Source: Bacteroidales bacterium (GTDB taxonomy: Bacteria > Bacteroidota > Bacteroidia > Bacteroidales > VadinHA17). From it: a stretch of DNA of 64,000 nucleotides. The position numbers and the translations under genes are program-made. Below, piece by piece: positions 24,844 through 33,706 of this stretch. The DNA lies in assembly GCA_041303295.1 (NCBI GenBank), contig JBFYPM010000133.1:5637-69636 (forward strand), in the 5' to 3' direction. The notes under the pieces are model-generated. The model saw only the letters and a program-made list of their open reading frames with translations, did not search any database and had not been told where the DNA came from. Numbering within the stretch: the first letter of the stretch is position 1; each line of letters starts with the position of its first letter.

Positions 24844-26103
24844 ATGAAGAGAAGCGACATAGAGATAATGGCTCCCGCAGGTTCCTGGGAGTCTCTCCGC
24901 GCAGCCATACGTGGCGGTGCTGATTCTGTCTATTTTGGAGTAGGTAGTCTGAACATGCGGGCACGCTCTTCTGATAACTTCACGGCAGATGACATGCCCG
25001 CAATTGTTGCCCTCTGCACTGAAAACGGCCTGAAAAGCTACCTCACCCTGAACATAGTAATGTTTGATGATGAGGCCAATGAGATGCGGGAGATACTTAC
25101 AGCCGCAGTTAACGCCGGGGTGACGGCGGTGATAGCCACCGACCAGGCTGCAATTATGGCCGCAAGAGAGGCAGGCATGGCTGTACACCTCTCAACCCAG
25201 CTGAATATATCCAACGCCGGATCACTGAAGTTCTATTCACAGTGGGCCGATGTTGCCGTACTGTCGCGTGAGCTAAACCTGGAGCAGGTCAGAGTAATAT
25301 ATGATTCTATCGTGCGTGATGAGATCCGTGGTCCGGAAGGAGAACTGATCAGGCTCGAGATGTTCGTTCACGGTGCCCTCTGCATGGCCATCTCCGGGAA
25401 ATGTTATCTGAGCCTGCACGAATACAACGCTTCCGCCAACAGGGGTAACTGTTATCAGACATGCAGGAGAGGATATACGGTCATTGACAATGAATCCGGC
25501 TATGAAATTGGCGTTGATAATCAGTTTATTATGTCGCCAAAGGACCTCTGCACAATCAGGTTCCTCGATCAGATAATTGATGCCGGCGCCAGGGTTCTCA
25601 AGATTGAGGGAAGAGCCAGGTCGGCTGAATATGTGAGTACGGTCACGGCATGCTACAGCGAAGCGGCGGCGGCAGTGGCAGAAGGCACCTTCGGACCGGA
25701 GAAGTGCGATGGATGGATGAGACGCCTTGAGACAGTATTCAACAGGGGCTTCTGGGACGGTTATTACCTGGGGCAGAAGCTGGGTGAGTGGAGCGCCACC
25801 TATGGCTCCGCAGCCACAAAAAGAAAGATATACCTGGGCAGGGTAACCAACTACTTCAGCAAGCTGATGGTGGCTGAGATAAAACTGGAGACAGGCGACC
25901 TGGGGGTAGGGGATGATCTGATCTTCTCCGGCCCCACCACAGGGTTAGTTGAACATACAGTCACCGGCCTCAGGGATGCCTCTGCCAATGAGGCAGAAAA
26001 GGTTCACAAGGGGGAACTTTGTTCGGTTCATGTTCCCTGCATGGTGAGACGGTCAGACAGGGTTTTCCTGTGGGTTGACGCTTCGTCGCTCAGGAAAGGC
26101 TGA
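24844..26103 (+). CDS. peptidase U32 family protein
   Basis: N-terminus EIMAPAGSWESLRAAIRGGADSVYFG and central Cys-rich segment typical of U32 (PrtC/YegQ-like) proteins. Confidence 0.8.
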   Translation: MKRSDIEIMAPAGSWESLRAAIRGGADSVYFGVGSLNMRARSSDNFTADDMPAIVALCTENGLKSYLTLNIVMFDDEANEMREILTAAVNAGVTAVIATDQAAIMAAREAGMAVHLSTQLNISNAGSLKFYSQWADVAVLSRELNLEQVRVIYDSIVRDEIRGPEGELIRLEMFVHGALCMAISGKCYLSLHEYNASANRGNCYQTCRRGYTVIDNESGYEIGVDNQFIMSPKDLCTIRFLDQIIDAGARVLKIEGRARSAEYVSTVTACYSEAAAAVAEGTFGPEKCDGWMRRLETVFNRGFWDGYYLGQKLGEWSATYGSAATKRKIYLGRVTNYFSKLMVAEIKLETGDLGVGDDLIFSGPTTGLVEHTVTGLRDASANEAEKVHKGELCSVHVPCMVRRSDRVFLWVDASSLRKG

Positions 26104-26156
26104 AGCCATGTCGTTGAAGGGTGACGCCTGGTAGTTACAGAGAATGTAGCGCCAGT

Positions 26157-27197
26157 TTATAAAACTATCCCGCTTGCTGCTTCTTGTACCCTGGCCGCGT
26201 TTACAGCCACATCATCGGTCTCCGTCTCCACAAAAATCACCTGTCCTGCAAGTCGTTTTGAGAGACCGTAGTGATAAGACTTATCGTAGTATTCAAGTGT
26301 GATCTTTATTGCTGTAGGGTAATCACCTCTCTGCAGCGCCTCCAGCGCCTCGCGGGTTTTGTCTCCGCCCAGCCGCTTCGAGATCCTCGTCACCGAGGCC
26401 ACCAGCTGATCCACGGGAAATGATGTGTATTCCTGCAGCAACCGTGGCATACGGGTCTCGATACTCATCATCAGGGCTACCACCGGCGCCTTCCGCATCT
26501 GGTCAAAAAAACTGTCAGGCATGAACACCGTGCCTATATTACGGCTCTCGTCCTCAAGCCATATCCGGGTATCCGCATCCTTTAGGTTCAGGTCGTCATA
26601 AAGCAGGTTCGCAAAGTGTTCCGATGACGGCTGTGGCGGCTGTCCCAGGGCGCCAAAGGCTGATCCCCTGTGAGAGGCCAGTCCTTCAAGATCTGTGACC
26701 GGATCACCTGCCGACATGATATGTTTCAGTATCCCGGTCTTGCCGCTTCCCGTCAGGCCACCCAGAATTATGAACTTCCGTTCCCTCCCCAGATCTTCAA
26801 GAATGTAGTTCCTGTATGCTTTATAACCACCCTCGAGCATCGTCGCTGTTATGCCACCTGCAGAAAACAGCCATGCCATTGCCTCTGACCGCATTCCGCC
26901 CCTCCAGCAATGGATCAGCAGCTGATTATCTGCCGCCAGATCAAGAGCCATGGCCAGCTTCGCCGACATTAGAGGAGCTGCGAGATCGATACCGCGCATG
27001 ACCGCTTTTTCAGAACCCTCCATCTTGTAAAGTGTTCCCACCTCGGCCCTCTGCGTGTCGTCAAAGAGCGGGATATTTACAGCTCCAGGGATATGCCCGT
27101 ATGCATATTCTCCCGGAGACCTGACGTCTACAAGGGGTATATGCCGCCTGAGGCTGAGAAATTCAGCGGATGGAAGTTTCCTGAGATTCAGCGTCAT
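26157..27197 (-). CDS. mnmH: tRNA 2-selenouridine synthase
   Basis: N-terminal rhodanese domain with active-site CWRGGMRS followed by P-loop GGLTGSGKT, the MnmH/SelU (YbbB) architecture. Confidence 0.85.
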   Translation of the reverse strand: MTLNLRKLPSAEFLSLRRHIPLVDVRSPGEYAYGHIPGAVNIPLFDDTQRAEVGTLYKMEGSEKAVMRGIDLAAPLMSAKLAMALDLAADNQLLIHCWRGGMRSEAMAWLFSAGGITATMLEGGYKAYRNYILEDLGRERKFIILGGLTGSGKTGILKHIMSAGDPVTDLEGLASHRGSAFGALGQPPQPSSEHFANLLYDDLNLKDADTRIWLEDESRNIGTVFMPDSFFDQMRKAPVVALMMSIETRMPRLLQEYTSFPVDQLVASVTRISKRLGGDKTREALEALQRGDYPTAIKITLEYYDKSYHYGLSKRLAGQVIFVETETDDVAVNAARVQEAASGIVL

Positions 27198-27206
27198 CTC
27201 CTGTTT

Positions 27207-30017
27207 CTACTTGTGATACCTCTCTATCACCCGTCTCAGGTCATCAACAGTCACAGGTTTCGAAAGCAGCTCTTTCATCCCGGTCTTCTCTGCTTTTACC
27301 CTGGTCTCGGGCATTGTGTCAGCTGAAAGTGCAACGATCAGGTTTGAGCTGTCATGTTCAAGGATTATGCGGGCAGCCTCAAAACCGTCTGTTTCAGGCA
27401 TTATCAGGTCCATTAGGATCAGGTCATAGGGCTTTTCCATGACCATGTCGATAGCCTCAGCAGCGCTGGCGGCATATTCGGCTGTAACTCCCAGAACCTT
27501 GAGAAGGGAGCCTACCACTTTCCTGTTCAGATAGTTGTCATCAACAACAAGGATGACTGGAAGTGCTGATTTGTCGGATGACAATCTCGCGGAATGGTTA
27601 CTCAGTGCCGGGAAATGATCCCTGAGAACGTTCAGAAGATCCTCGCTTGCAAATGGCTTGACGAGCAGATGGTCAACGCCAAGGTCGACGCATCTTGCAT
27701 AGTGCCCCCTGGGATCCCTGGAGGTGAACATAAGAACGATATGTTCTCCGGTCAGTCCGGCATCCATCATTGCTTTTGCTGCCTCAAACCCGTCAGATTC
27801 AGGTTCATCAAAGATGATTAGAAGAATATACCTTCCATTGTCGCTCTTAAGGCTGGTTTTGATCTGTGAGATTGTATGCTTCTGGAAGCTTGTCACGGAA
27901 ACTGGCAGTCCAAGCCTGTGCACAATACTGAGGAAGTCATCATCACGCCCCTGGGTCCCCGTAATGGCGAGAGTGCGTATTTCGGATAGCTCACCGTAGC
28001 GGGTGAGATCCAGCTTCTTGACTATCTTTTCATTGAGGTGGACATTGATTGTGAAAGTGACCTTCAGTCCCCTCTCCTGGCCAGCAGGGTCTTTTCCTGC
28101 AGGACTTTCTGCTGTAAGCTCGCCTCCCATAAGCTCGGTGAGCTGCCTGGCAAGTACAGGCCCAAGCTTCAGGTCCTCTGACCACTCTGACCGTTCGCTC
28201 AGGCTGGTAATATAGTCGCCAAAGAGCTTCCTGATCTCTGCCTTTGTGTAGTTGTTGCCTGTATCGGAAACCGTGAATTCCAGGGTGAACTGGTTACCGC
28301 TGGATTTTCTGACGTGGCATTCCATCCTTATCTCCCCCTTCTGCGTTCCGGCGAGGGAGTTATTGAGGAGATTGCTTATCACTTGCCGGAGTCGGTAGGG
28401 ATCGCCGATCAGGTTCTCAGGCACCGCCTGGTCTACAAGTGAAACAAACTTGATGAGCGATTCAGGATTCTGCCGTTTGATGAGGTTAAAGCAATAGGCT
28501 ACCTCCTCCCGGAGCCTGAATGGTATTTCGTCGAGGATCATCTTCCCGGTCTCCATTTTAGAGACATCGAATATGTCGTTGATGATCGTCAGAAGCAGGT
28601 CAGCCGACCTTCTTAGCAGCCTGGCCACCTCTTTTGATTCTTCAGGCAGATCTGATCTGTTCAGCATCTCGGTCATGCCCAGGATGCCATTCAGTGGCGT
28701 TCTGATCTCAAAGCTCATGCGGGCAAGCAATTCAGACTTGGCGATATTTGCATCTGCCTCCTGCCTGCGGGCTGATTCGAGGGAGGTGACGTCGATGAGC
28801 ACCTCGAGGGTGCAGTCATCACCCCGATATTTCACGGGTATGCTATTGAGAAAGACTATCCTGTCGCCCGCGGTTCCGGGAAGCCTAATTGCTCTTCCCT
28901 GGCTATACCGGCCGGACTGGTCACCTTCATACTCATTGCGCGAAAGGTCGGGCACAAGCTTACCGGTCATCTCCTTTTCGTTCTCATAAGAAAAAAGAGT
29001 GGCTGCCTGCCTGTTCGCCCTGATGATCTCCCTGCCGGAGTTGTAAATGATGAACCCAACCGGCATCTGATCAATGATTGAGATCAGGGTCTTCTCCGAG
29101 TCACGTGTCTCCCTGAGCTTCACGGCCTGTTTTCGTAACAAAAACCGGAAGAGGAGGATTATGAAGAGAAGCGTGAGCATTGTAAGAAGACCCAGTATAA
29201 GTGAATTTCTTACGATGTATTTCTGGAAAAAATCGGTAGGCGCGGAGAAAACAAGCCCGAAATCGAGCCCGAGGATGTTCACCGGGTAAAAAGAGGAGAG
29301 TATTTCGTTACCGGCGCCGTTAATCTCCATTCCGTGAGCAAGCCTGCCAGATATACCCTGATCCAGGGCCTCTGTCAGCTTTTTCATCTGGGTGTATATG
29401 ACTTCGCCGCCATGATTATCAAAGATGATGGTGCCGGTATCATTTACCACCCATTGCCACTGGTACTGCTCGAGGTTATACTTTGCAAAGATTCTTGAGA
29501 AGTAACGGCTGAAGTCGATGGTAATTACCAGGTTGCCAAGCACCTGCCCGTTGCTCAGAACAGGAAGGTAATATTTGTATTTACCGCGGTCGTTCTCCAG
29601 CTGCTCAACAGTGTAGATACGAGGTACCGTCTGGGCCCTGTATGAACCGTCAAGCCAGGAATTCCGCTCCTCATCCTTGAAAAGGGTGTAGACATCACCA
29701 ACATTGCTGTATAGCATAAGCCCCACTACAAGATCATCATACCTGGAATAATAGAGCTTCATCTTCTCCCTTGCACGCTCATTTACAGCCGGATCAGTGA
29801 AGAATAACGGTATATCGTCGGAAAAGTCGATCTCATTAAGGTCACTCAGGATATACATGCTGGTGTTGTCGATATCTGAACCGACAATCATAACCTGCCT
29901 GTCAAGTATCTTATTTGAGTATTCTATCTGATTCCTGTAGAGGCTGATGTAAAACACAGCCGTGACAAGCATCAGGAGAAAGAAGGCGCTATATGCAGCA
30001 ATAGTGATCTTTTTCAT
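27207..30017 (-). CDS. hybrid sensor histidine kinase / response regulator (periplasmic sensor, PAS, HisKA, HATPase_c, two receiver-like domains)
   Basis: TM-flanked extracytoplasmic domain, PAS-like segment, H-box SFEIRTPLNGILG, HATPase motifs, C-terminal receiver DLILMDLIMPETDG. Confidence 0.85.
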   Translation of the reverse strand: MKKITIAAYSAFFLLMLVTAVFYISLYRNQIEYSNKILDRQVMIVGSDIDNTSMYILSDLNEIDFSDDIPLFFTDPAVNERAREKMKLYYSRYDDLVVGLMLYSNVGDVYTLFKDEERNSWLDGSYRAQTVPRIYTVEQLENDRGKYKYYLPVLSNGQVLGNLVITIDFSRYFSRIFAKYNLEQYQWQWVVNDTGTIIFDNHGGEVIYTQMKKLTEALDQGISGRLAHGMEINGAGNEILSSFYPVNILGLDFGLVFSAPTDFFQKYIVRNSLILGLLTMLTLLFIILLFRFLLRKQAVKLRETRDSEKTLISIIDQMPVGFIIYNSGREIIRANRQAATLFSYENEKEMTGKLVPDLSRNEYEGDQSGRYSQGRAIRLPGTAGDRIVFLNSIPVKYRGDDCTLEVLIDVTSLESARRQEADANIAKSELLARMSFEIRTPLNGILGMTEMLNRSDLPEESKEVARLLRRSADLLLTIINDIFDVSKMETGKMILDEIPFRLREEVAYCFNLIKRQNPESLIKFVSLVDQAVPENLIGDPYRLRQVISNLLNNSLAGTQKGEIRMECHVRKSSGNQFTLEFTVSDTGNNYTKAEIRKLFGDYITSLSERSEWSEDLKLGPVLARQLTELMGGELTAESPAGKDPAGQERGLKVTFTINVHLNEKIVKKLDLTRYGELSEIRTLAITGTQGRDDDFLSIVHRLGLPVSVTSFQKHTISQIKTSLKSDNGRYILLIIFDEPESDGFEAAKAMMDAGLTGEHIVLMFTSRDPRGHYARCVDLGVDHLLVKPFASEDLLNVLRDHFPALSNHSARLSSDKSALPVILVVDDNYLNRKVVGSLLKVLGVTAEYAASAAEAIDMVMEKPYDLILMDLIMPETDGFEAARIILEHDSSNLIVALSADTMPETRVKAEKTGMKELLSKPVTVDDLRRVIERYHK

Positions 30018-30048
30018 TCAGAAATGGTTCATCCCGTTAGAATAACGT

Positions 30049-30972
30049 TCATCTGTACTTATCATTGTCCTCCAGCATCATGCTGGCATAGCTTTTATAT
30101 CTCCACGGTTCAATTATATTACCGGCAACGGCATCGCGCACAGCGCACCCGGGTTCATTCATGTGAAGGCAGTTGTAAAACCGGCAGCCGGCGGCGATTC
30201 TGAATATCTCAGGAAAGAAGTGGTATATTTCGTAACGGTCAAAGTCAATTACGCCGAAACCCCTTATTCCCGGGGTATCAATTACATATCCCCCTCCGGG
30301 CAGCGGATGCATCTCAGGGAAGGTGGTGACATGCCGCCCCTGTTCGTGGTAATCGGATATTGACCCGGTACGGAGCGAGAGGGCGGGGTTCAGCCTGTTG
30401 AGCATAGTACTTTTCCCCACGCCTGAATTGCCCGAGACGAGGGTGGTCTTATCCTTCATGGCTTCCGCTATCTGGTCTATATTTTCATCTTCCGTGACTG
30501 AGATAATGAATACCGGATAGCCAATCTTCCGGTAAACCTCACTGATTTTCAATGCGGTGGCTATCTCTTCCGTTCCGTACAGGTCAGCCTTGTTAATTAC
30601 AATAGATGCCGGTATGCGGTATGCCTCAGCTGTGGCAAGAAAACGGTCAATAAACTCAACCGGGGTTGACGGCATCTTTATAGATATCATCAGGAATGCC
30701 TGGTCAATATTTGCAGCGATTATCTGAGATTCTCTCGAGAGATTTGATGCCTTGCGGATGATGTAGTTTCTTCTCGGCAGAAGAACCGTAATAAGTGATT
30801 CGGACTCGTCAAAGGTAACATTGTCACCCACGGCTACCGGGTTGGTGGTACGGGCACCACTGACCCTGAATATGCCTTTGAGGACACACTCGTGGATGTT
30901 CCCGTCATCATCAATAACCCTGTACCGGCTTCCGGTCGACTTTATGACAATACCGTGTCTCAACCCCCTCAT
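30049..30972 (-). CDS. rsgA: ribosome small subunit-dependent GTPase A
   Basis: Circularly permuted GTPase: NKADL, then GNSGVGKST, C-terminal zinc knuckle CRFYNCLHMNEPGCAV. Confidence 0.9.
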   Translation of the reverse strand: MRGLRHGIVIKSTGSRYRVIDDDGNIHECVLKGIFRVSGARTTNPVAVGDNVTFDESESLITVLLPRRNYIIRKASNLSRESQIIAANIDQAFLMISIKMPSTPVEFIDRFLATAEAYRIPASIVINKADLYGTEEIATALKISEVYRKIGYPVFIISVTEDENIDQIAEAMKDKTTLVSGNSGVGKSTMLNRLNPALSLRTGSISDYHEQGRHVTTFPEMHPLPGGGYVIDTPGIRGFGVIDFDRYEIYHFFPEIFRIAAGCRFYNCLHMNEPGCAVRDAVAGNIIEPWRYKSYASMMLEDNDKYR

Positions 30973-30981
30973 ATTTGTGGC

Positions 30982-31021
30982 AAAAATAAAAAAAGTGATG
31001 CCATGTCTTCCATGGCATCAC
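30982..31021 (-). terminator. rho-independent terminator after the phosphofructokinase gene
   Basis: Perfect 11-bp stem GTGATGCCATG/CATGGCATCAC, 5-nt loop, followed on the minus strand by TTTTTTTATTTTT. Confidence 0.85.
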
Positions 31022-31048
31022 CTCTTTTACTATCTGTAAATATGCTTT

Positions 31049-32254
31049 TCAATACTCTGCTGCCATAAGGAAGAAAGGCTTCATCTCAAAGTTTGAATAG
31101 TAAGGCCTCAGCCTTTCGACATTGTAATACTCTGACACCTTCACCACCTTTTTAGAAGAGGTGACCACATCTATCGGAACATTGTCATAGCGACCGTTTT
31201 TGAGTACCACAACCCTGCCGTGAATGCCCTTCATGATCAGGTCGAGGGCCAGGTTCCCGAATGCCATTGGAACGATTGAGTCAACGGCGTCAGGGTCACC
31301 GCCTCTGACCATATAACCCAGCTTCTGGTTAATGATGTTTATGGTTTTCCCGTTGTTGAATTTTGCAGTGTGTTCCTTGATCTCTGCGGATACCAGGTCA
31401 CCGATACCGCCGAGTTTTGCATGACCGTATGCATCCCGTTCATTGTCCTGGAAAATCATGTCGCCACCCTTGTAAAGCGCTCCCTCAGAAACCAGTACAA
31501 TTGAGTACTTGCTCGGGTTGGAGTTGCGGTCTTCAACGAGAAGCCTCGTTAGCTGTTCTATGTCGAATCTGTACTCGGGTATTACACAGCGGTTTGCAGC
31601 ACCTGCCATGGTCGGGAGCATCGCCGTGAATCCGGCATACCTGCCGAAGACCTCGAGGACCATGATGCGTTCGTGCGATCCTGCCGATGTGCGGAGTGTG
31701 TTTGTCATCTGTATCGTGCGTGTGACACAGGTACTGAACCCGATGCAATAATCCGTTCCGGGAACGTCGTTATCCATGGTCTTGGGTATGGCAACCACCT
31801 TGACACCCTGCTTGTACAGGTGAACCCCGTAGCTCAGTGTGTCATCTCCACCGATAGGGATAAGAAAATCGATACCGAGCCACTCCAGGTTTTTGAGAAC
31901 CTCGGGTGTAAGGTCATTGATCTCATCCTTGTAGGTATCCTTCAGATGATCAGGAACTGCACTTTTTGCCACATGGCTCGGCCTTGTGCGTGAGGTATGA
32001 AGGTATGTCCCGCCGGTCCTTCCTGACTTGTTGACGATGTCATCGGTAAGTATCTGGAAACAGTTGCTGTTGTCTGCCTTGGGGTCCCTGATAATCTCAA
32101 TGATGCCGCCCCATCCCCTTCTGAGTCCGATCACCTTGTATCCTTCCCTGTTCGCCCTGATGGTCACGGCCCTGATTGCGGGGTTAAGCCCCGGCACATC
32201 ACCTCCGCCAGTCAGGATACCAATCACTCCTTTGATTTTCTTCTGGTTTGCCAT
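31049..32254 (-). CDS. 6-phosphofructokinase family enzyme, predicted pyrophosphate-dependent
   Basis: GILTGGGDVPGLN, GGDDT and PKTMDND (Asp and Lys at the two positions where ATP-PFKs carry Gly), MVRGG. Confidence 0.8.
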   Translation of the reverse strand: MANQKKIKGVIGILTGGGDVPGLNPAIRAVTIRANREGYKVIGLRRGWGGIIEIIRDPKADNSNCFQILTDDIVNKSGRTGGTYLHTSRTRPSHVAKSAVPDHLKDTYKDEINDLTPEVLKNLEWLGIDFLIPIGGDDTLSYGVHLYKQGVKVVAIPKTMDNDVPGTDYCIGFSTCVTRTIQMTNTLRTSAGSHERIMVLEVFGRYAGFTAMLPTMAGAANRCVIPEYRFDIEQLTRLLVEDRNSNPSKYSIVLVSEGALYKGGDMIFQDNERDAYGHAKLGGIGDLVSAEIKEHTAKFNNGKTINIINQKLGYMVRGGDPDAVDSIVPMAFGNLALDLIMKGIHGRVVVLKNGRYDNVPIDVVTSSKKVVKVSEYYNVERLRPYYSNFEMKPFFLMAAEY

Positions 32255-32355
32255 TTTAACTTGCTTTGTTTAATATATTTTGAATGCAGGCGGTAAAAGT
32301 AGAACATTTCAAAATCATATCAAAAAGGTAATCCTGCTACGCTTTAATTTTTTAA

Positions 32356-32363
32356 TAATTTTG
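32356..32363 (+). promoter_or_regulatory. -7 box TAatTTTG (C_GCAxxG_C_C gene)
   Basis: 13 nt upstream of ATG 32376. Confidence 0.4.
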
Positions 32364-32375
32364 AGAAAAAAGCTA

Positions 32376-32804
32376 ATGAATACAAAAGAGAAGGCAATCA
32401 GCCTTTTCCGTAAAGGATACAGCTGCTCGCAGTCAGTGCTGATGGCATTTGCCGGAGAGAGTACTGATGCTTCCCGGACAGCTGCTGCCTTCGGTGGCGG
32501 TATGGGGAGAATGCAGAAGACATGCGGAGCGGTAACAGGTGCGTATATCTGGTTCGGACTGGCCTATGGAAAAGATGGCCTGCCCGGCGAGAAGGATAAA
32601 ACCAGGGTTTATGAAAAAGTGCGGGAATTCAACAGGATGTTCGTCGCCAGAAACGGAAGCGATCTCTGTTCAGAACTGCTGGGAGAAAATCTCAACACAC
32701 CTGAAGGAAAAGGCAATATTGCACGGAAACGTCTGACTGAAAAGGTATGTGAAAAATGCATAACAGATACGGTTGAAATAATTGAGCTACTAAGCGACAG
32801 ATGA
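32376..32804 (+). CDS. C_GCAxxG_C_C family protein
   Basis: YSCSQSV..., CGAVTGA, later Cys pairs (CSELL, CEKC); ORF-track start 32280 precedes the TAatTTTG box, ATG at 32376 fits. Confidence 0.75.
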   Translation: MNTKEKAISLFRKGYSCSQSVLMAFAGESTDASRTAAAFGGGMGRMQKTCGAVTGAYIWFGLAYGKDGLPGEKDKTRVYEKVREFNRMFVARNGSDLCSELLGENLNTPEGKGNIARKRLTEKVCEKCITDTVEIIELLSDR

Positions 32805-33706
32805 AAAGGGTGGTCATAACCGGAGGGACAGGACTGATAGGGTCACATCTCAGTAAACTGCTTGCCGGAAAGGGATTTGAGGTGGTTCACCTCACCCGTA
32901 AGATCAGGCCGGGAGGAAAATACGAATCGTACCTGTGGGATCCCCGTAATGGGTACTGTGACAATAAAGCAGTGAAGGAAGGTGATGCGATAATACACCT
33001 TGCCGGAGCTAACATTGGAGGTAAGCCATGGAGTATGGCCCGAAAACGGGAGATCATAAGCAGCAGGACGGTAACGGCAGACCTTCTCCACCGCGTTTCC
33101 GCAGGCCGGGGTATCAGACCCTCAGTGTTCATCACCGCCTCGGGTGTGAATATTTACGGCTCGCAGACTACTCAAAACATATTTGAAGAAGGCGATCCGC
33201 CTGCGGATGATTTCCTGGGTGAGACATGTCGCCTCTGGGAGGCTGCAGCAGAGCCATTTGCTGCAGCAGGGATCAGGGTTGTAAAAGTAAGGACAGCCCT
33301 GGTTCTGGCATCACGGGGATCGGCGCTGTCAAAGATGACTTATCCGTCCGCTGCAGGACTGGTTGTAAGGCTTGGTAAGGGCAGCCAGTACTTCCCGTGG
33401 ATTCATATTGATGACCTCTGCCTTATCTATCTCAGGGCTGTCAGCGACAGCTCCATGGCCGGGTCATATAATGCCGCAGCACCTGATCACATCACCCATG
33501 ATACGCTCATGAGAGAGGTTGCGCGTCAAAAACAGCTGCCGGTGTTCCTGCCGCATGTGCCTGCATGGCTGTTGAAGGCCATACTGGGAGAGATGTCTGT
33601 GGTGCTCACCGGGGGCAGCAGGATCTCCTCCGGACGATTGGTTGATTCAGGTTTCACGTTTAAATTCCCGGATATAGCTTCTGCGCTCAGAGACTGCCTA
33701 CAATGA
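32801..33706 (+). CDS. TIGR01777-type NAD-dependent epimerase-family protein (DUF1731 C-terminus)
   Basis: Rossmann motif VVITGGTGLIGSHL, C-terminal ...GSRISSGRLVDSGFTFKFPDIASAL. Confidence 0.8.
   Translation: MKRVVITGGTGLIGSHLSKLLAGKGFEVVHLTRKIRPGGKYESYLWDPRNGYCDNKAVKEGDAIIHLAGANIGGKPWSMARKREIISSRTVTADLLHRVSAGRGIRPSVFITASGVNIYGSQTTQNIFEEGDPPADDFLGETCRLWEAAAEPFAAAGIRVVKVRTALVLASRGSALSKMTYPSAAGLVVRLGKGSQYFPWIHIDDLCLIYLRAVSDSSMAGSYNAAAPDHITHDTLMREVARQKQLPVFLPHVPAWLLKAILGEMSVVLTGGSRISSGRLVDSGFTFKFPDIASALRDCLQ

Noticed and set aside
32280-32375. 5' extensions of ORFs from non-ATG starts (also 13161-13220, 41567-41581, 45197-45202, 48573-48596, 56498-56509)
   Set aside because: The extensions begin at TTG codons. 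They overlap predicted -7 boxes or add residues absent from the family N-termini, and downstream ATG codons fit better.
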